A stretch of 64,000 nt of DNA from Centroscyllium fabricii (GCA_051313645.2 JBNRSN020000019.1:80662001-80726000), one strand, 5' to 3'; positions 9,710 through 22,853 are shown, counted from the first letter of the stretch. Program-made: numbers and translations. The notes: generated from the letters alone by a model not told the origin.

Positions 9710-12700
9710 ATGCCCAGCAAAAGGCCGGGCTCACCAGTAGATGGGGTCGTACTGGTGAGTCGAACTCCTACAAGACTCTCTCCCAATCAACGACCCTTGT
9801 GCCAGGCCAGACTTCTTCTTCCCAGTGGATCCCAGACTCTCGCCACCTTTATTGACTCTGGAGCCGACGTTAACATTATTGATGAGGATCTTGTCACACA
9901 GCTGGAGATTGACCGGGTTCCACTGCCGCAGCCGGTTCCTGCCAACGCCCTCGACGGTCACCTCCTGGGAACAGTGACACATCAGACCTCACCAGTTCAC
10001 ATGCTTATGTCTGGTAATCATCATGAAAGTATTCAGTTTCATATCCTGAAATCACCTCGGCTTCCTTTGATTCTGGGACACACTTGGCTTCGCCGCCACA
10101 ACCCCCACATTGACTGGAACACGGGAACTATTCTGGGGTGGAGTTCCTCCTGTCACCAGGTCTGTCTGAAACAGGCTACCGTCTCCCGACAGCCATTAAC
10201 ACCCCTTCCCGCTTCAGATCTTTCGGTGGTCCCCACTGAATACCACGATTTTAGGGAGGTATTCAGCAAAGCTAGAGCCACGTCGCTGCCTCCACATCGC
10301 CCCTATGACTGCACCATTGATCTGCTGTCAGGGTCTTCCCCACCCAAGGGACGCCTGTATTCCTTGTCTGCACCTGAGAGGGAAGCCATGGAAACGTACA
10401 TCAGCGACTCTATGGCGGCGGGGATCATCCATTCCTCTTCATCCCTGCTGGGGCTGGATTCTTTTTTGTTGGTAAGAAGGACGGGTCGCTGCGACCATGC
10501 ATCGACTACAGGGGTCTTAATGACATCACGATAAAGAACCGGTATCCTCTTCCTCTCATCTCTTCTGCCTTTGAGTTGCTACTGGGGGCGATCATCTTTA
10601 CCAAGCTTGACCTTCATAACGCCTATTACCTGGTCCGGATCCGAGAGGGCGATGAATGGAAGACAGCTTTCAACACTCCCTCTGGACATTATGAATACCT
10701 CGTAATGCCGTTCGGGTTAACCAACGCCCCGGCGGTATTCCAAGCCTTGGTGAATGACGTGTTAAGAGACATGCTGAACCGGTTTGTGTTCGTTTACATG
10801 GACGACATTTTGATTTTTTCTAAGTCTCGTGATGAGCATGTTCACCATGTCCAGACTGTCCTGCAACGGCTTCTCGAGAACTCGTTATTTGTGAAGGCGG
10901 AGAAGTGTGAGTTTCACGTCACTACCGTATCTTTCTTGGGGTACATCATTGCGCAGGGGAGTGTGCAGATGGATCCAGAGAAGGTGTCAGCTGTCGCGTC
11001 TTGGCCTATTCCGGAGACACGTAAACAGCTACAGCGGTTCCTGGGGTTCGCTAACTTCTATCGAAGATTCATTCGCGGCTACAGCACGGTAGCAGCCCCG
11101 TTATCGGCCCTTACCTCCTCTAAGGTGCCGTTTCTGTGGTCTTCTGCAGCGGAGGAGGCTTTTCGAGGTCTCAGGTCCCGGTTCACCTCTGCTCCCATTC
11201 TCCAGGTGCCTGATCCGGATCAGCAGTTCGTGGTAGAGGTGGACGCATCAGATGTTGGAGCAGGGGCTATTCTGTCCCAACATTCTGCTTCCGACCAAAA
11301 GCTACATCCCTGTGCCTATTTTTCTAAACGCCTGTCCTCGGCTGAGATGAATTATGACATCGGGAACCGGGAGTTACTGGCGGTCAAGATGGCATTGGAG
11401 GAGTGGCGCCATTGGCTAGAGGGGACCAAGCTGCCGTTCCTAGTCTGGACAGACCATAAGAACCTCGAATACATTCGCACGGCCAAGAGGCTGAATTCAC
11501 GGCAGGCTAGGTGGTCCCTCTTCTTTACCCGTTTCAACTTCACCCTCTCCTACCGGCCTGGTTCTCGCAATGTCAAGCCTGATGCTCTGTCCCACCAGTT
11601 CCAGAAGGAGGAGAGTTCCACTCCTGGATCTGACTTCATCCTTCCAGCTCCATGTCTGATTGCTGCCGTTACGTGGGAGATCGAGGAGAGGGTGAGATCA
11701 GCCATGGAGAATCAGGCTGGACCCAGCGGTTGTCCTCCCGACCGTCTATTCGTTCCCAAGGACCTTCGACCTGATGTTCTCCAGTGGGCCCATGCTTCCA
11801 AGCTTTCCTGCCATCCAGGGGCTCAAAGGACCAAGGAGGTTATACTGCGGAGGTTCTGGTGGGATACTCTGGAAGAAGACACCCGGGAGTTTGTCAACGC
11901 CTGCTCGGTCTGCAACCAACACAAGCCGTCTCATCGGGCTCCCGCTGGTCTTCTGCAACCTCTGCCGGTGCCACATCGTCCTTGGTCCCACATATCCTTG
12001 GACTTTGTTACCGGTCTGCCTCCATCCAAGGGACTAACCACTATCCTGACAGTGGTGGACCGATTCAGCAAGATGGCTCATTTCATACCTCTGCCTAAAC
12101 TGCCCTCGGCGAAGGAGACGGCTGAACTTATGCTGCAACATGTTTTCCGTCTTCATGGTCTTCCTGTCGACGTAGTCTCTGATCGGGGTCCACAGTTTAC
12201 GTCAGTATTCTGGAGGGAGTTCTGCAGTCTGATCGGGGCCACAGTCAGTCTGTCTTCGGGTTTTCATCCGCAGTCCAACGGGCAGTCTGAACGCATGAAT
12301 CAGGAGATGGAGAAGGCTCTACGATGTATGGTCTCCCAGAATCCCTCTTCCTGGTCCCAGTTACTCCTGTGGGTAGAGTACGCCCACAACACCCTGACCA
12401 GTTCCGCCACCAGACTCTCCCCGTTCCAGTGCGCCTATGGGTTCCAGCCCCCATTGTTGGAGAGGGAGGTTTCCTGTCCGTCCGTCCAGTCATTTATTCA
12501 TCGTTGTCGCCGGACATGGGACCAGGCACGGACTTCGTTGCTTCGCTCAGCGGACCGCTACTCTGCTGCTGCCAACCGTCGTCGCTCGGAGGCTCCTAAC
12601 TATCAGGCTGGTCAGAAGGTGTGGCTCTCCACTAAGGACCTGCCCCTCCAGGTGGAGTCTAAGAAGCTAGCTCCCAGGTTTATCGGTCCCTTCGAGATCC

Positions 12701-13183
12701 AGAGGGTCATCAAACCAGCGGCAGTGAGACTCAAGCTTCCTCGATCCATGCGGGTTCATCCCACTTTTCATGTGTCGCGGGTCAAACCAGCACGAGAGAG
12801 TACATTGGTGCCTGTTGCCACGCCCCCTCCGCCTCCTCGTATGCTCGACGGGGGGTTGGTCTACACTGTTCGCCGACTAACTTCGCTCCCGTCGCCGAGG
12901 GAGAGGACTTCAGTACCTGGTGGACTGGGAGGGGTATGGACCAGAGGAGCGGTCCTGGGTTCCTGCTCATCACATTGTTGATCCTCAGCTTATGGCCGAC
13001 TTCCACAGAAGGCATCCCGACCAGCCGAGTAGGAGGTCTGCGCTCCCTGGCGATCCTGGGCAAGGGCCCAGTTCCGTGCATCCTCCTGAAACCCTGGAAG
13101 AGGAGGTGCAATCCTCTGATGAGGAGAATTCCCTTCATTCTAGTGATGAGATGGACGTGGATGAGTGTCCCGAGGAATATTAG
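9710..13183 (+). pseudogene. Chromovirus pol (PR-RT-RH-IN-chromodomain), frameshifted near 10440 and 12880
   Basis: ORFs 9710-10534, 10576-12981 and 12920-13183 carry successive domains in different frames. Confidence 0.88.
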
Positions 13184-13854
13184 TCCCTCCTCCGCACCCC
13201 TCCGCCCACCCGACTCCGGCATTTGGGGTTTGGGACGTCGGGAGCCGTCCCTTGAGGGGAGGGTTCTGTCATAGGTTGGTTCTTCTCCTTTAACTCTTAG
13301 GTTGGCTCTTCCCCTTTAACTGGTTATCACCTCGTTAGCTCTACTGCCTGCACCTGATTGAACAGCCCAGATTCACCAGTGGTAATCAAGAGCTGTATAT
13401 AAGCTCCTACTTTCCACCTAGAGGTTGCCAGATCGTTATTCTTTCTGACTGTGATACCTGTGTTTAGTTCCTAGCTCTCTGATCCTGTCTGTTCGAGATA
13501 CTGACCTGCTTACTGGAAATTTGGATTCTCTTCTGCTTGAACTCTGTTTTGGATTTGTCGCTCCCGTGGACGGACTACCCGGTATTGTACTGTTTCTGAA
13601 TTTGGATTCTCTTCTGCCTGAACTCTGTTTTGGATTTGTCGCTCCCGTGGACGGACTACCCGGTATTGTACTGTTTCTGAATTTGGATTCTCTTCTGCCT
13701 GAACTCTGTTTTGGACTTGTTGCCTCCGTGAACTTTCTGCCGTTATTGACCTACTGTTTCCTATGTCTTTTACTGCTCAGAAATAAAGGAGTTTACTTCT
13801 ACGTATGTTTTCAGTGTTTTGCATTTGGGCCCAACCTACAACCATTACAGAATT

Positions 13855-14210
13855 AAATGTTAGTCTTAGTAATGGCGACCATGATACCATTGTCGATTGT
13901 TGCAAAAACCCATCTAGTTCACTAATGTCCTTTAGGGAAGGAAATCTGCCGTCCTTACCTGGTCTGGCCTACATGTGACTCCAGACCCACAGCAATGTGG
14001 TTGACTCTTAATGCCCTCAGAAAAATGGCCCAGCAAGCCACTCAGTCGTAAACAACCGCTACGAAAAACAATACACCAGATGGACTGCAGCGGTTCAAGA
14101 TGGCGGCTCACCACCATCTTCTCAAGGGCAATTAGGGATGGGCACTAAATGTAGGCCAACTAGCCAGCGACGCCCACATCCCATCAATGAATTAAAAAAA
14201 AAAAAAAAAA
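13855..14210 (+). mobile_element. SINE (probably Meta-domain type) with LINE-derived tail and poly(A)
   Basis: Core ttcactaatgtcctttagggaaggaaatctgcc. The tail caagggcaattagggatgggc is shared with LINE 3' fragments at ~30690, 34335, 48772 and 60210. Confidence 0.6.
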
Positions 14211-14629
14211 CAGGCCAACCTGGGCATAGAGGTATCTGAAAACAAGGGAGTGGGCCACAGTGAATCTGAATTGCAAGCCTTATATCATTCTTTTCTTATT
14301 CATCTCCCTCCCCTTACACATTTGCTCACCCGTATATGGTGCAGAAAACCACCATGCCACATAAAGCCTGGATGTTTAAAGGCGAACTGCCCGATTCGGA
14401 GCATGAATTGAGTGGACTTGAATGGAAAAGCGAGAAGAGATCCAGTATTACAGATCTCTGCCCACTTTATATCACATGCTTGTTTCCATCAGAGCAGAAA
14501 GCATCCATTTGAAACAGCTGGGCGCTTCATTTAAGTATTAAAATATGGGTGGGGACGCCAAGCACATCATTTCCTGATGTTGCTGTGTGCAGGACGTCAT
14601 TCATAACCACACCCATATGAACCGGGTAT

Positions 14630-15445
14630 CATAGAAACATAGAAGATAGGAGCAGGAGTAGGCCATTCGGCCCTTCGAGCCTGCTCCACCATTCAATTAG
14701 ATCATGACTGATCTTTCAGATTCAGTACCCTGTCCCTGCCTTCTCCCCATATCCCTTGATCCCTTCAGCCTGAAGAAATATATCCAACTCCTTCTTGAAT
14801 ATATTTAATGTACCGGCCTCCACCGCCCTCTGTGGCAGAGAATTCCTCAGGTTCACCACTCTCTGGGTGAAGAAATTCCTCCTCATCTCAGTCCTAAATG
14901 GCTTTTCCCTTACCCTTAGACTATGGCCCCTGGTTCGGGACTCTCCTTTCATCGGAAACATCCTTCCTGCATCCAGTCTGTCCAGGCCTGAAAGAATCTT
15001 GTAGGTTTTGATGAGATCCCCTCTGAATCATCTGAACTCCAGTGGGTATAAGCCAAAATCAACTCAATCTCTCCCCATACGTCATTCCTGCCATCCTCGG
15101 TATCAGCCTGGTGAATCTTCGCTGCACTCCTTCAATGGCAAGAACGTCCTTCCTCAGATGAGGCGACCAAAACCGCACACAATACTCGAGGTGCGGTCTC
15201 ACCAAGGTCCTGTAGAGCTGCAGCAAGACATCCTTGTTCTTATATTCGAACCCTCTTGCTACGAAGGCCAACTTACCATTTGCCTTCTTAACCGCCTGTT
15301 GCACCTGCATGCTTACCTTCAGTGACTGGTGCACAAGGACACCCAGGCCTCTTTGCACTTCCCCTTTTCCCAATCTATTGCCATTCAAATAATGATCTGC
15401 CCTCCTGTTTTTGCCACCAAAGTGAATAACCACACATTTATCCAC
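14630..15445 (-). mobile_element. CR1 LINE 3' fragment
   Basis: LVRPHLEYCVRFWSP and RTRGHSL peptides; tail with catagaaa repeats. Confidence 0.9.
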
Positions 15446-15594
15446 GGTTGGTAGGCAACAGAAGGATTTGGTAATGTTACAGTTGATGTTGTTCATTTCT
15501 TGGCTATGTGTCGTCAGTTTGTTTTGGGGTTTTTTCTATTGGCACTTAGGTTCACTGCCAATTGTTCTAATTGTTTTGCCCCAGCACCATTACT

Positions 15595-18500
15595 AGCACC
15601 TATGGGACTTTCCCATCTGACAGGAAGACATCAAGCAGGAATTTAAGGAACTAGGAAGGAAACTGAGAGAGAAAACGAATAATGCCACGATTTCTGGGAT
15701 CCTACCAGTGCCACGGGATAGGGAGTGGAAAAACAAAAAAAGAATGCGAATAAACGCGTGGCTACAGGATTGGTGCAGAAGGGAGGGCATAAGTTTCGTG
15801 GACAATTGGGGATCTTTCTGGGGAAGGTGGGATCTGTATGACCGGGACGGCTTGCACTTGAACCGAAGGGGCATCAACATTCTGGGTGGGAAACTCGCTT
15901 CGGCCATAAAGGGGGATTTAAACTAATTGGCCAGGGGGATGGGGAAACGGGCAGGGAAACAGAGGGGAGACCAGGGAACAACGAGGAACAGGGGGGAGAA
16001 CCAAGGACGCAGGGAAGTGACAGGGGACTGAAATGCGCCTACTTCAATGCAAGAAGTATACGGAACAAGGCAGGAGAACTAGGGGCATGGATGGCGACAT
16101 GGGACTTCGATGTGGTGGCCATTACAGAGACATGGCTGGAGCAGGGACAGGACTGGATGCTTGGGGTTCAGGGATACAGAAGCTTCTGGAGGAGCAGGGA
16201 GGGAGGAAAGCGCGGGGGGGGAGTAGCACTGCTGGTCAAGGACAGCGTGACAGCTACAGAAAAACACTTTGAGGGGGACACACGAACGGAGGTAGTATGG
16301 GCGGAGCTTAGAAATAGGAAAGGGGCGGTAACGTTAGTGGGAGTCTTTTATAGACCACCAAATAGTAACAGGGAGGTGGAGGAGGAAATTGCGCGACAAA
16401 TAAAGGAAAGATGTGGGGGACATAGGGTAGTTATCATGGGAGATTTCAATTTCCCTAATATAGACTGGAATCTAGGAAGGTCAAAGAGTGCAGATGGAGA
16501 GATTTTCTTACAATGCGTGCAGGAAGGTTTCCTGACACAATACGTGGAGGAACCAACAAGGCGGGGGGCAACGTTGGACCTGGTTCTGGGAAATGAACCA
16601 GGCCAAGTGGTAGAACTGGGGGTAAGGGAGCACTTTGGGGACAGTGACCACAACTCGGTGACGTTCACAATAGTAATGGAGAAGGATAGGAGCATGAGGC
16701 AGGGTAAGGTATACAGCTGGGGGAGGGGAAATTACGACAGGGTTAGGCACGATTTAGCTAACACCAATTGGGAACGGGAACTTGCTGGGAGAGGAACGGA
16801 AGAAAAATGGAGAGTGTTCAGGGAGCAAATTATGAAAGCCCTGGATAAGCATGTCCCGAGTAGGATGGGAAACAAGGGAAAGAGGAGAGAACCGTGGATC
16901 ACGAAAGAGGTAGAACAATTAGTAAAGAAGAAGAAGGAGGCATATGATAGAATGAGAAAGCAGTGTACAGCAGGGGCAGGAAAGGAGTACAAAGAAGCAA
17001 GGAAAAAACTGAAGAATGGGCTAAGGAAGGCAAAGGGAGGGCATGAGAAGGCATTAGCGGGAAGGATAAAGGAGAACCCTAAGGCTTTCTATGCTTACGT
17101 AAGAAATAAAAGGATGACTAGGATAAGAGTAGGGCCGATCAAAGACGGCAAGGGAGAAATGTGCACGGAGTCAGAGGAAATTGGAGAAACACTAAATGAA
17201 TATTTTGCATCCGTGTTCACAAGGGAGAGGGAACTAAAAGTAGAGGAGGAGTTCAAGATACAAGGGGAAAGGATGGGGGAAGTAAATATTCAGAGTGGGG
17301 AGGTATTAGATATTTTGGAGAAACTGAAGGTAGACAAATCTCCTGGGCCGGACGGGATATATCCAAGGATTCTCTGGGAAGCGAGGAACGAAATCACAGA
17401 GCCACTGACCTCTATCTTTAGTTCCTCGCTATCCTCGGGGATAGTCCCTGAGGACTGGAGAGAGGCGAATGTGGTTCCCATATTTAAAAAGGGGAGCAGG
17501 GACGTGCCAGGGAACTACAGACCAGTCAGCCTTACCTCGGTGGTCGGAAAGGTGATGGAAAGGGTCCTGAGGGACAGGATCTACGACCATCTAGAAAGGG
17601 GCAAATTAATCAGGAGCAGTCAGCACGGATTCGTTAAGGGCAAATCGTGCCTGACCAACCTGATAGAATTCTTTGAAGAGGTGACCAAGTGTGTGGACGA
17701 GGGAAAGGCGGTTGATGTCATATATATGGACTTCAGCAAGGCGTTCGACAAGGTCCCGCACGGTCGACTCATGAAGAAAGTAAGGAGTTGCGGGGTAATC
17801 AACGAAGTGGTGGGATGGATTGAGAACTGGCTGGCTCAGAGGAAGCAGAGGGTAGTGGTAGAGGGCCAATACTCGGGTTGGAGACCGGTCACCAGTGGGG
17901 TACCACAGGGGTCGGTGTTGGGGCCACTACTATTTGTAATCTTTATCAATGACTTGGAGGAGGGGACTGAGGGGTGGGTCAGCAAATTTGCGGATGACAC
18001 AAAGATTGGGGGAGTAGTGGATGAGGAGGAAGGAAGTAGAAAGATTCAGAGGGATATAGATAGGATGCAGAGCTGGGCTGAAGAATGGCAAATGGAGTTC
18101 AACACGGGGAAATGCGAGGTGATGCACTTCGGTAGGGCAAATAGGAAGAGGGAATATAGGGTCAACGGCAGGGTCCTGAGTGAAGCAGAGGAGCAAAGGG
18201 ATCTGGGAGTATATGTACACAGATCATTGAAGGCTGCCACCCAGGTGGACAAGGCAGTAAAAAAGGCCTATGGTGTATTGGCCTTCATCAACAGGGGAAT
18301 AGAGTTTAAGAACCGGGAGGTCATGCTACAGCTGTACAGGTCACTGGTGAGACCACACTTGGAGTACTGTGTGCAGTTCTGGGCACCGTACTACAGGAGG
18401 GATGTGGAGGCGCTGGAGAGGGTGCAGAGGAGATTCACCAGGATGCTGCCGGGAATGGGGGGAAAGTCGTACGAGGAGAGGTTGAGGGAGCTGGGACTCT

Positions 18501-18897
18501 TCTCCCTGGAACGGAGAAGGAAGAGGGGGGACTTAATAGAGATGTTTAAAATGATGAAGGGGATCGATAGAGTAAACGTGCAGAGACTGTTTCCCCGGGT
18601 GGGAAGAACGACAACAAGAGGGCACGAGCACAAGATTCAAGGAGGAAGATTCAGAAGGGATGGCAGGGGCAAGTTCTTTACGCAGAGAGTGGTCAGGGAA
18701 TGGAATAGGCTACCATCTGAAATAGTGTATGTGGACAGTCTGGGTGCTTTTAAAAGGATGATGGATAGGTACATGGAGGGGAAGGAAGAGTAGGGGGGAC
18801 AGAAAAAATCAGAGACGGACTAAGCGCGGCACTACATTGAGGGCCCAAGGGCCTGTACAGTGCTGTATGTTCTATGTTCTATGTTCTATGTTCTATG
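15595..18897 (+). mobile_element. Young 5'-truncated CR1 LINE: ORF1 esterase-like C-terminus, intact ORF2, 3' UTR and (TTCTATG)n tail
   Basis: ORF1 ends ...DGLHLN...GDLN* at 15926; ORF2 is uninterrupted; microsatellite tail at ~18870-18897. Confidence 0.95.
15917..18793 (+). CDS. CR1 ORF2 (APE endonuclease plus reverse transcriptase); frame open from 15917, first ATG at 16091
   Basis: YFNARS, ITETW, GDFN and SDHN endonuclease motifs; GVPQGSVLGP and KFADDTK RT motifs; no stops. Confidence 0.93.
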   Translation, partial: FKLIGQGDGETGRETEGRPGNNEEQGGEPRTQGSDRGLKCAYFNARSIRNKAGELGAWMATWDFDVVAITETWLEQGQDWMLGVQGYRSFWRSREGGKRGGGVALLVKDSVTATEKHFEGDTRTEVVWAELRNRKGAVTLVGVFYRPPNSNREVEEEIARQIKERCGGHRVVIMGDFNFPNIDWNLGRSKSADGEIFLQCVQEGFLTQYVEEPTRRGATLDLVLGNEPGQVVELGVREHFGDSDHNSVTFTIVMEKDRSMRQGKVYSWGRGNYDRVRHDLANTNWERELAGRGTEEKWRVFREQIMKALDKHVPSRMGNKGKRREPWITKEVEQLVKKKKEAYDRMRKQCTAGAGKEYKEARKKLKNGLRKAKGGHEKALAGRIKENPKAFYAYVRNKRMTRIRVGPIKDGKGEMCTESEEIGETLNEYFASVFTRERELKVEEEFKIQGERMGEVNIQSGEVLDILEKLKVDKSPGPDGIYPRILWEARNEITEPLTSIFSSSLSSGIVPEDWREANVVPIFKKGSRDVPGNYRPVSLTSVVGKVMERVLRDRIYDHLERGKLIRSSQHGFVKGKSCLTNLIEFFEEVTKCVDEGKAVDVIYMDFSKAFDKVPHGRLMKKVRSCGVINEVVGWIENWLAQRKQRVVVEGQYSGWRPVTSGVPQGSVLGPLLFVIFINDLEEGTEGWVSKFADDTKIGGVVDEEEGSRKIQRDIDRMQSWAEEWQMEFNTGKCEVMHFGRANRKREYRVNGRVLSEAEEQRDLGVYVHRSLKAATQVDKAVKKAYGVLAFINRGIEFKNREVMLQLYRSLVRPHLEYCVQFWAPYYRRDVEALERVQRRFTRMLPGMGGKSYEERLRELGLFSLERRRKRGDLIEMFKMMKGIDRVNVQRLFPRVGRTTTRGHEHKIQGGRFRRDGRGKFFTQRVVREWNRLPSEIVYVDSLGAFKRMMDRYMEGKEE

Positions 18898-19450
18898 TCT
18901 GGAAGTGGAAGTGGAAGACCAACAGAAGGATATCAGGCAGGTCAGACAATTTTTTGTCCCATCCTAGTTTCCCTGGGAGCATTAAGAATCAACTACATAG
19001 TGTGCAACTGATGTCACAGGGAGACCAACAGTCCACCGGCTTTTCATGGTCATTTGACTGACGTTGGCCCATAATTTAATGTCACAATTTTCAGTGGTGG
19101 AATTTAAGCTCAACCTCTGGGTCACTAGTCCAATACCATAGCCACTAGGCTACTATACCCAGGCTGCATTAGAAGTGCTCTGTGCGCACCCATTGGTACC
19201 CACACACCTGCAGACAGAGCTGAATATATTTCACTTTGGTAAGATAATTAATGTAGCCAGTTGTTCATATTCCCAAAGGAAGTTGTGACAGCACAAGCGA
19301 TAGCACATCATCATCATCATCATCATCATCAAGTTACATCATTGAGTGTACAGCACAGAAACAGGCCATTCGGCCCAACTGGTCCATGTTGGTGTTTACG
19401 CTCCACACGAGCCTCCTCCCACCCTTTTTCATCTAACCCTATCAGCATGT

Positions 19451-20135
19451 CATAGAAACATAGAAACATAGAAACATAGAAACTAGGAGCAGGAGTAGGC
19501 CATTCGGCCCTTCGAGCCTGCTCTGCCATTCAATGAGATCATGGCTGATCATCCAAACCCAGCACCCCGCCCCTGCCCTCTCCCCATATCGAACCTCCAT
19601 CAACACATATCCCACCCTATCCCCGTAACCCCACATATTCAAACCCCCTAACACTAAGGGTCAATTTATCCTGGCCAATCAACCTAACCTGCACATCTTT
19701 GGAGGAAACCGGAGCACCCGGAGGAAACCCACGCAGACACATAGAAACATAGAAGATAGGAGCAGGAGTAGGCCATTCGGCCCTTTGGGCCTGCTCCGCC
19801 ATTCAATGAGATCATGGCCGATCATCCAAACCCAGCACCCCGTCCCTGCCCTCTCCCCACATCCCTCGATCCCTCTTGAGCCTGCACCAACACACATCCC
19901 ACCCTATCCCGCAACCCCACACATTCAATCGGCCCAACACTAAGGGTCAATTTATCATGGCCAATCAACCTAACCCGCACATTTTTGGACTGTGGGAGGA
20001 AACCGGAGCACCCGGAGGAAACCCACGCAGACACGGGGAGAATGTGCAAACTCCACACAGATAGTACCCGAGGCTGGATTTGAACCCGGGTCTCCAGTGC
20101 TGTGAGGCAACAGTGCTAACCACTATGCCACCGTG
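19451..20135 (-). mobile_element. Two tandem HE1-type V-SINEs (one 5'-truncated) inside an older CR1 3' end
   Basis: tRNA-like head ggcacggtggcatagtggttagc, V-domain gtggagtttgcacattctccccgtgtctgcgtggg, CR1-like tail. Confidence 0.88.
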
Positions 20136-20224
20136 TCCTTCTGTTCCTTCCTCTCTCATGTGTTTATCAACTTCCCCTTAAATGCATCGATGCTATTTGC
20201 TTCAACTGTTCAATTTGATAGCAA

Positions 20225-20428
20225 GTTCAATTCAATTCAATTCAATTCAAGTTTTATTGTCATTGCAGAGTACTAGTACAATACAACGAGACAAAGACTC
20301 GACTCTCCCGAGAGTAGTGCAAATAAAATAAATAAATTACATGCAAAATGCATACAGTAGAGTACATTATCAGGCGTGCAGGTTTCTTTTTAGAGTTCAG
20401 GAGGCTGACAGCCCTGGGGAAGAAGTTC
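20225..20428 (-). mobile_element. Rex1/Babar-like LINE 3' end
   Basis: FFPRAVSLLNS C-terminal peptide, then tgacaataaa and (ttgaa)n; similar tails at ~33690 and ~59810. Confidence 0.6.
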
Positions 20429-21869
20429 CACATTCTTACCACTCGCTGGGTGAAGAAGTTTCTCCTGAATTCTCTATAAGACCTCTATCGGGTCATCCCT
20501 CAGCCTAGCACTGAGACGTGTGAATGCCTGACTAGCTGCGCTTCCTCAAAAGCAGCCCAATCACAGCATGTCCTGCGTTCAGCGGCACTGCATGAAGGAA
20601 GGTTGTCAGGGTGATCAACAGCCTGATTCACCACAGTTGCCAAGATGCCACCAACCATATCTACAATCTGATGATGTACTGAGAAGTGTCCTGCTGATTC
20701 AGTTATTCTGAACAAATCTATGTTGATCCTGTTCTTTTCCTAAATTAAGCAATATTCCGCTACCATTCTGAATATGTATAATCTAACTTTTTTAATTATT
20801 TCAATTGCCATCATTTGAAAAACATACACCTTTGAAGTCAATCGGGTGGGCGTATAAAGGTCGGCCGTTCCGATATCGCCCGTTTTATGGCCCACCAAGG
20901 TTGAAGCTTCTATCCATAATCACACATTGATACATTGTTCGTCTAGTGTGCAGTATATGTTGTTCAGTGAGCATGAAACAGATATCAAGAAACAGGAAGT
21001 GAACTTTACATAGCAGCCCATGGATGGCTGAAGGAGCTCATTCCAGTGAGTGGTATTGCTGGTGACCGTGGCTGCCTGTTGCAGTGATGTTGAAATCCAT
21101 TGGACCCTTTGGGCTGTGTTGCCATAACTTTGTGAATTTCCACAGGGAAGTGGCTTGAGCCCGCCTCTCTCACGTGAAGGGATAAATTCTTGGCACGGGA
21201 TCTCATCCGCCGTAACTTCACTGGAAGAGCCACAAAGTCTTCAATCCCGTAAACATCAAAAACCTTGAACTCAGCAGCAAATGAATTGAATGAAGGTTAA
21301 TAACATCGAACTTAAGAGCCGGAGCACAAGCGGACCCTCAACGACGGCGCCGGAGAATGGCTTGACGTCTTGTGGGTTCCGGGCGTGCTATGTATCTTGT
21401 GTTCTTTGTTGTTAGGTGATATGTAGTGCGTGGAATAGCAGTAGGCATTTTACTTTCTGAACTTTTGTTCGGTTGTGTGACAATAAAATGTACTTACTTA
21501 CTTACAAAAGCCCCTGGGAACAGTGTCATCTCCTGCAGAAATTCAGCCCCATTGTGTTGGCTATCTGGGTTATGTGGTGGTATTGTTATGTCACCTGTTG
21601 GTAATAGGCCAAAAAAGGAACCAGATTTGGGAGAATTTCTCTTGGTTCAGCCTTAGTAAGTGAATCTTCCACAACATCTCATCTCACATAGACTAGATAG
21701 GAGATCCATCTGCTGCAATTTCAGGTTGCTGCAAGTCGGATTCCCAGAGGTGTGTCCCATATTTGAGACGAGGTGGAGCACTATGGGGTGGCCAAGAAGT
21801 CAGTGCACTGGGTCCAGCCTCAATTGTGCTCCGCAAGCTTTTGAATTTCACGCAGCACTTTCTGTTACA

Positions 21870-22500
21870 AGGTTCACTCGGTTAACCCCAGGGATGAGGG
21901 GCTGGACATATGAGGAGAGGTTGAGTAGATTGGGACTCTACTCATTGGAGTTCAAAAGAATGAGGGGTGATCTTATTGAAACATATAAGATTGTGAAGGG
22001 GTTGGATCAGGTGGACGCGGGGAGGATGTTCCCAATGATGGGTGAAACTAGAACTAGGGGGCATAAACTTAGAATAAGGGGCTGCTCTTTCAAAACTGAG
22101 ATGAGGAGAAACTACTTCACTCAGAGGGTAGTAGATCCATGGAACATGCTGCCCAAAAAAGCTGTAGAAGCTACATCATTACATAAATTTAAAACAGAAA
22201 TAGACAGCTTCCTAGAAGTAAAAGGGATTAAGGGTTACGGGGAGCGGGCAGGAATTTGGACATGAGTCTAGGTTCAGATCGGTCATGGCCCTGTGGGTAG
22301 TGGAGCGGGCCCAGGGACCGTGTAGCCTGATCCTGCTCCTATTTCGTGAGTCTAATTCTGTTAGATTCAGGAGATGGTTCTATGATAGTAGATTGGTGGT
22401 TAGGATCAGATCAGCCATGATCTTGTCGAATGGCGGAGCAGGCTCGAGGGGCCGATTGGCCTACTCCTGCTCCTATTTCTTATGGTCGTATGTTCTTATG
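21870..22500 (+). mobile_element. CR1 LINE 3' fragment
   Basis: YEERLSRLGLYSLE...RTRGHKL peptide plus 3' UTR. Confidence 0.88.
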
Positions 22501-22608
22501 TCATGATCACTGTTACACGTTTTGGGTATGCCTTAGATACTCTCTCGGATATAGTGGCACTGGTCACCCGGAGTGTCCTATGTTCAGGAGTGTGCCTGTA
22601 TTACCCAA

Positions 22609-22853
22609 TATAGAAACATAGAAACATAGAAACTAGGAGCAGGAGTAGGCCATTCGGCCCTTCGAGCCTGCTCCACCATTCAATGAGATCATGGCTGATC
22701 ATCCAAACCCAGCACCCCATCCCTGCCCTCTCCCCACATCCCTATCGAACCTACACCGACACATATCCCACTCTATCCCCGTAACCGCACATATTCAATC
22801 CCCCTAACACTAAGGGTCAATTTATCCTGGCCAATCAACCTAACCCGCACATC
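22609..22853 (-). mobile_element. HE1-type SINE, 3' part
   Basis: Matches the other copies. Confidence 0.85.

Larger units (their letters stand above)
8927..13849 (+). mobile_element. Chromovirus (sushi-like) Gypsy retrotransposon, gag-deleted and frameshifted
   Basis: 583-bp LTRs at 8927-9509 and 13267-13849 (about 6 mismatches by eye), TSD GAATT, PPT gaggggaggg. Contains CCHC zinc knuckle, protease FIDSGA, RT YMDD, RNase H, integrase and chromodomain [15 protein letters not shown]. Confidence 0.95.

Noticed and set aside
9181-9855. 224-aa hydrophobic ORF (copy at 13521) as an env or membrane protein
   Set aside because: It is a translation of the 81-bp LTR tandem repeat with a TTG start; no envelope motifs.
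19261-19455. Poly-histidine ORF
   Set aside because: A (CAT)n microsatellite next to a CR1 tail.
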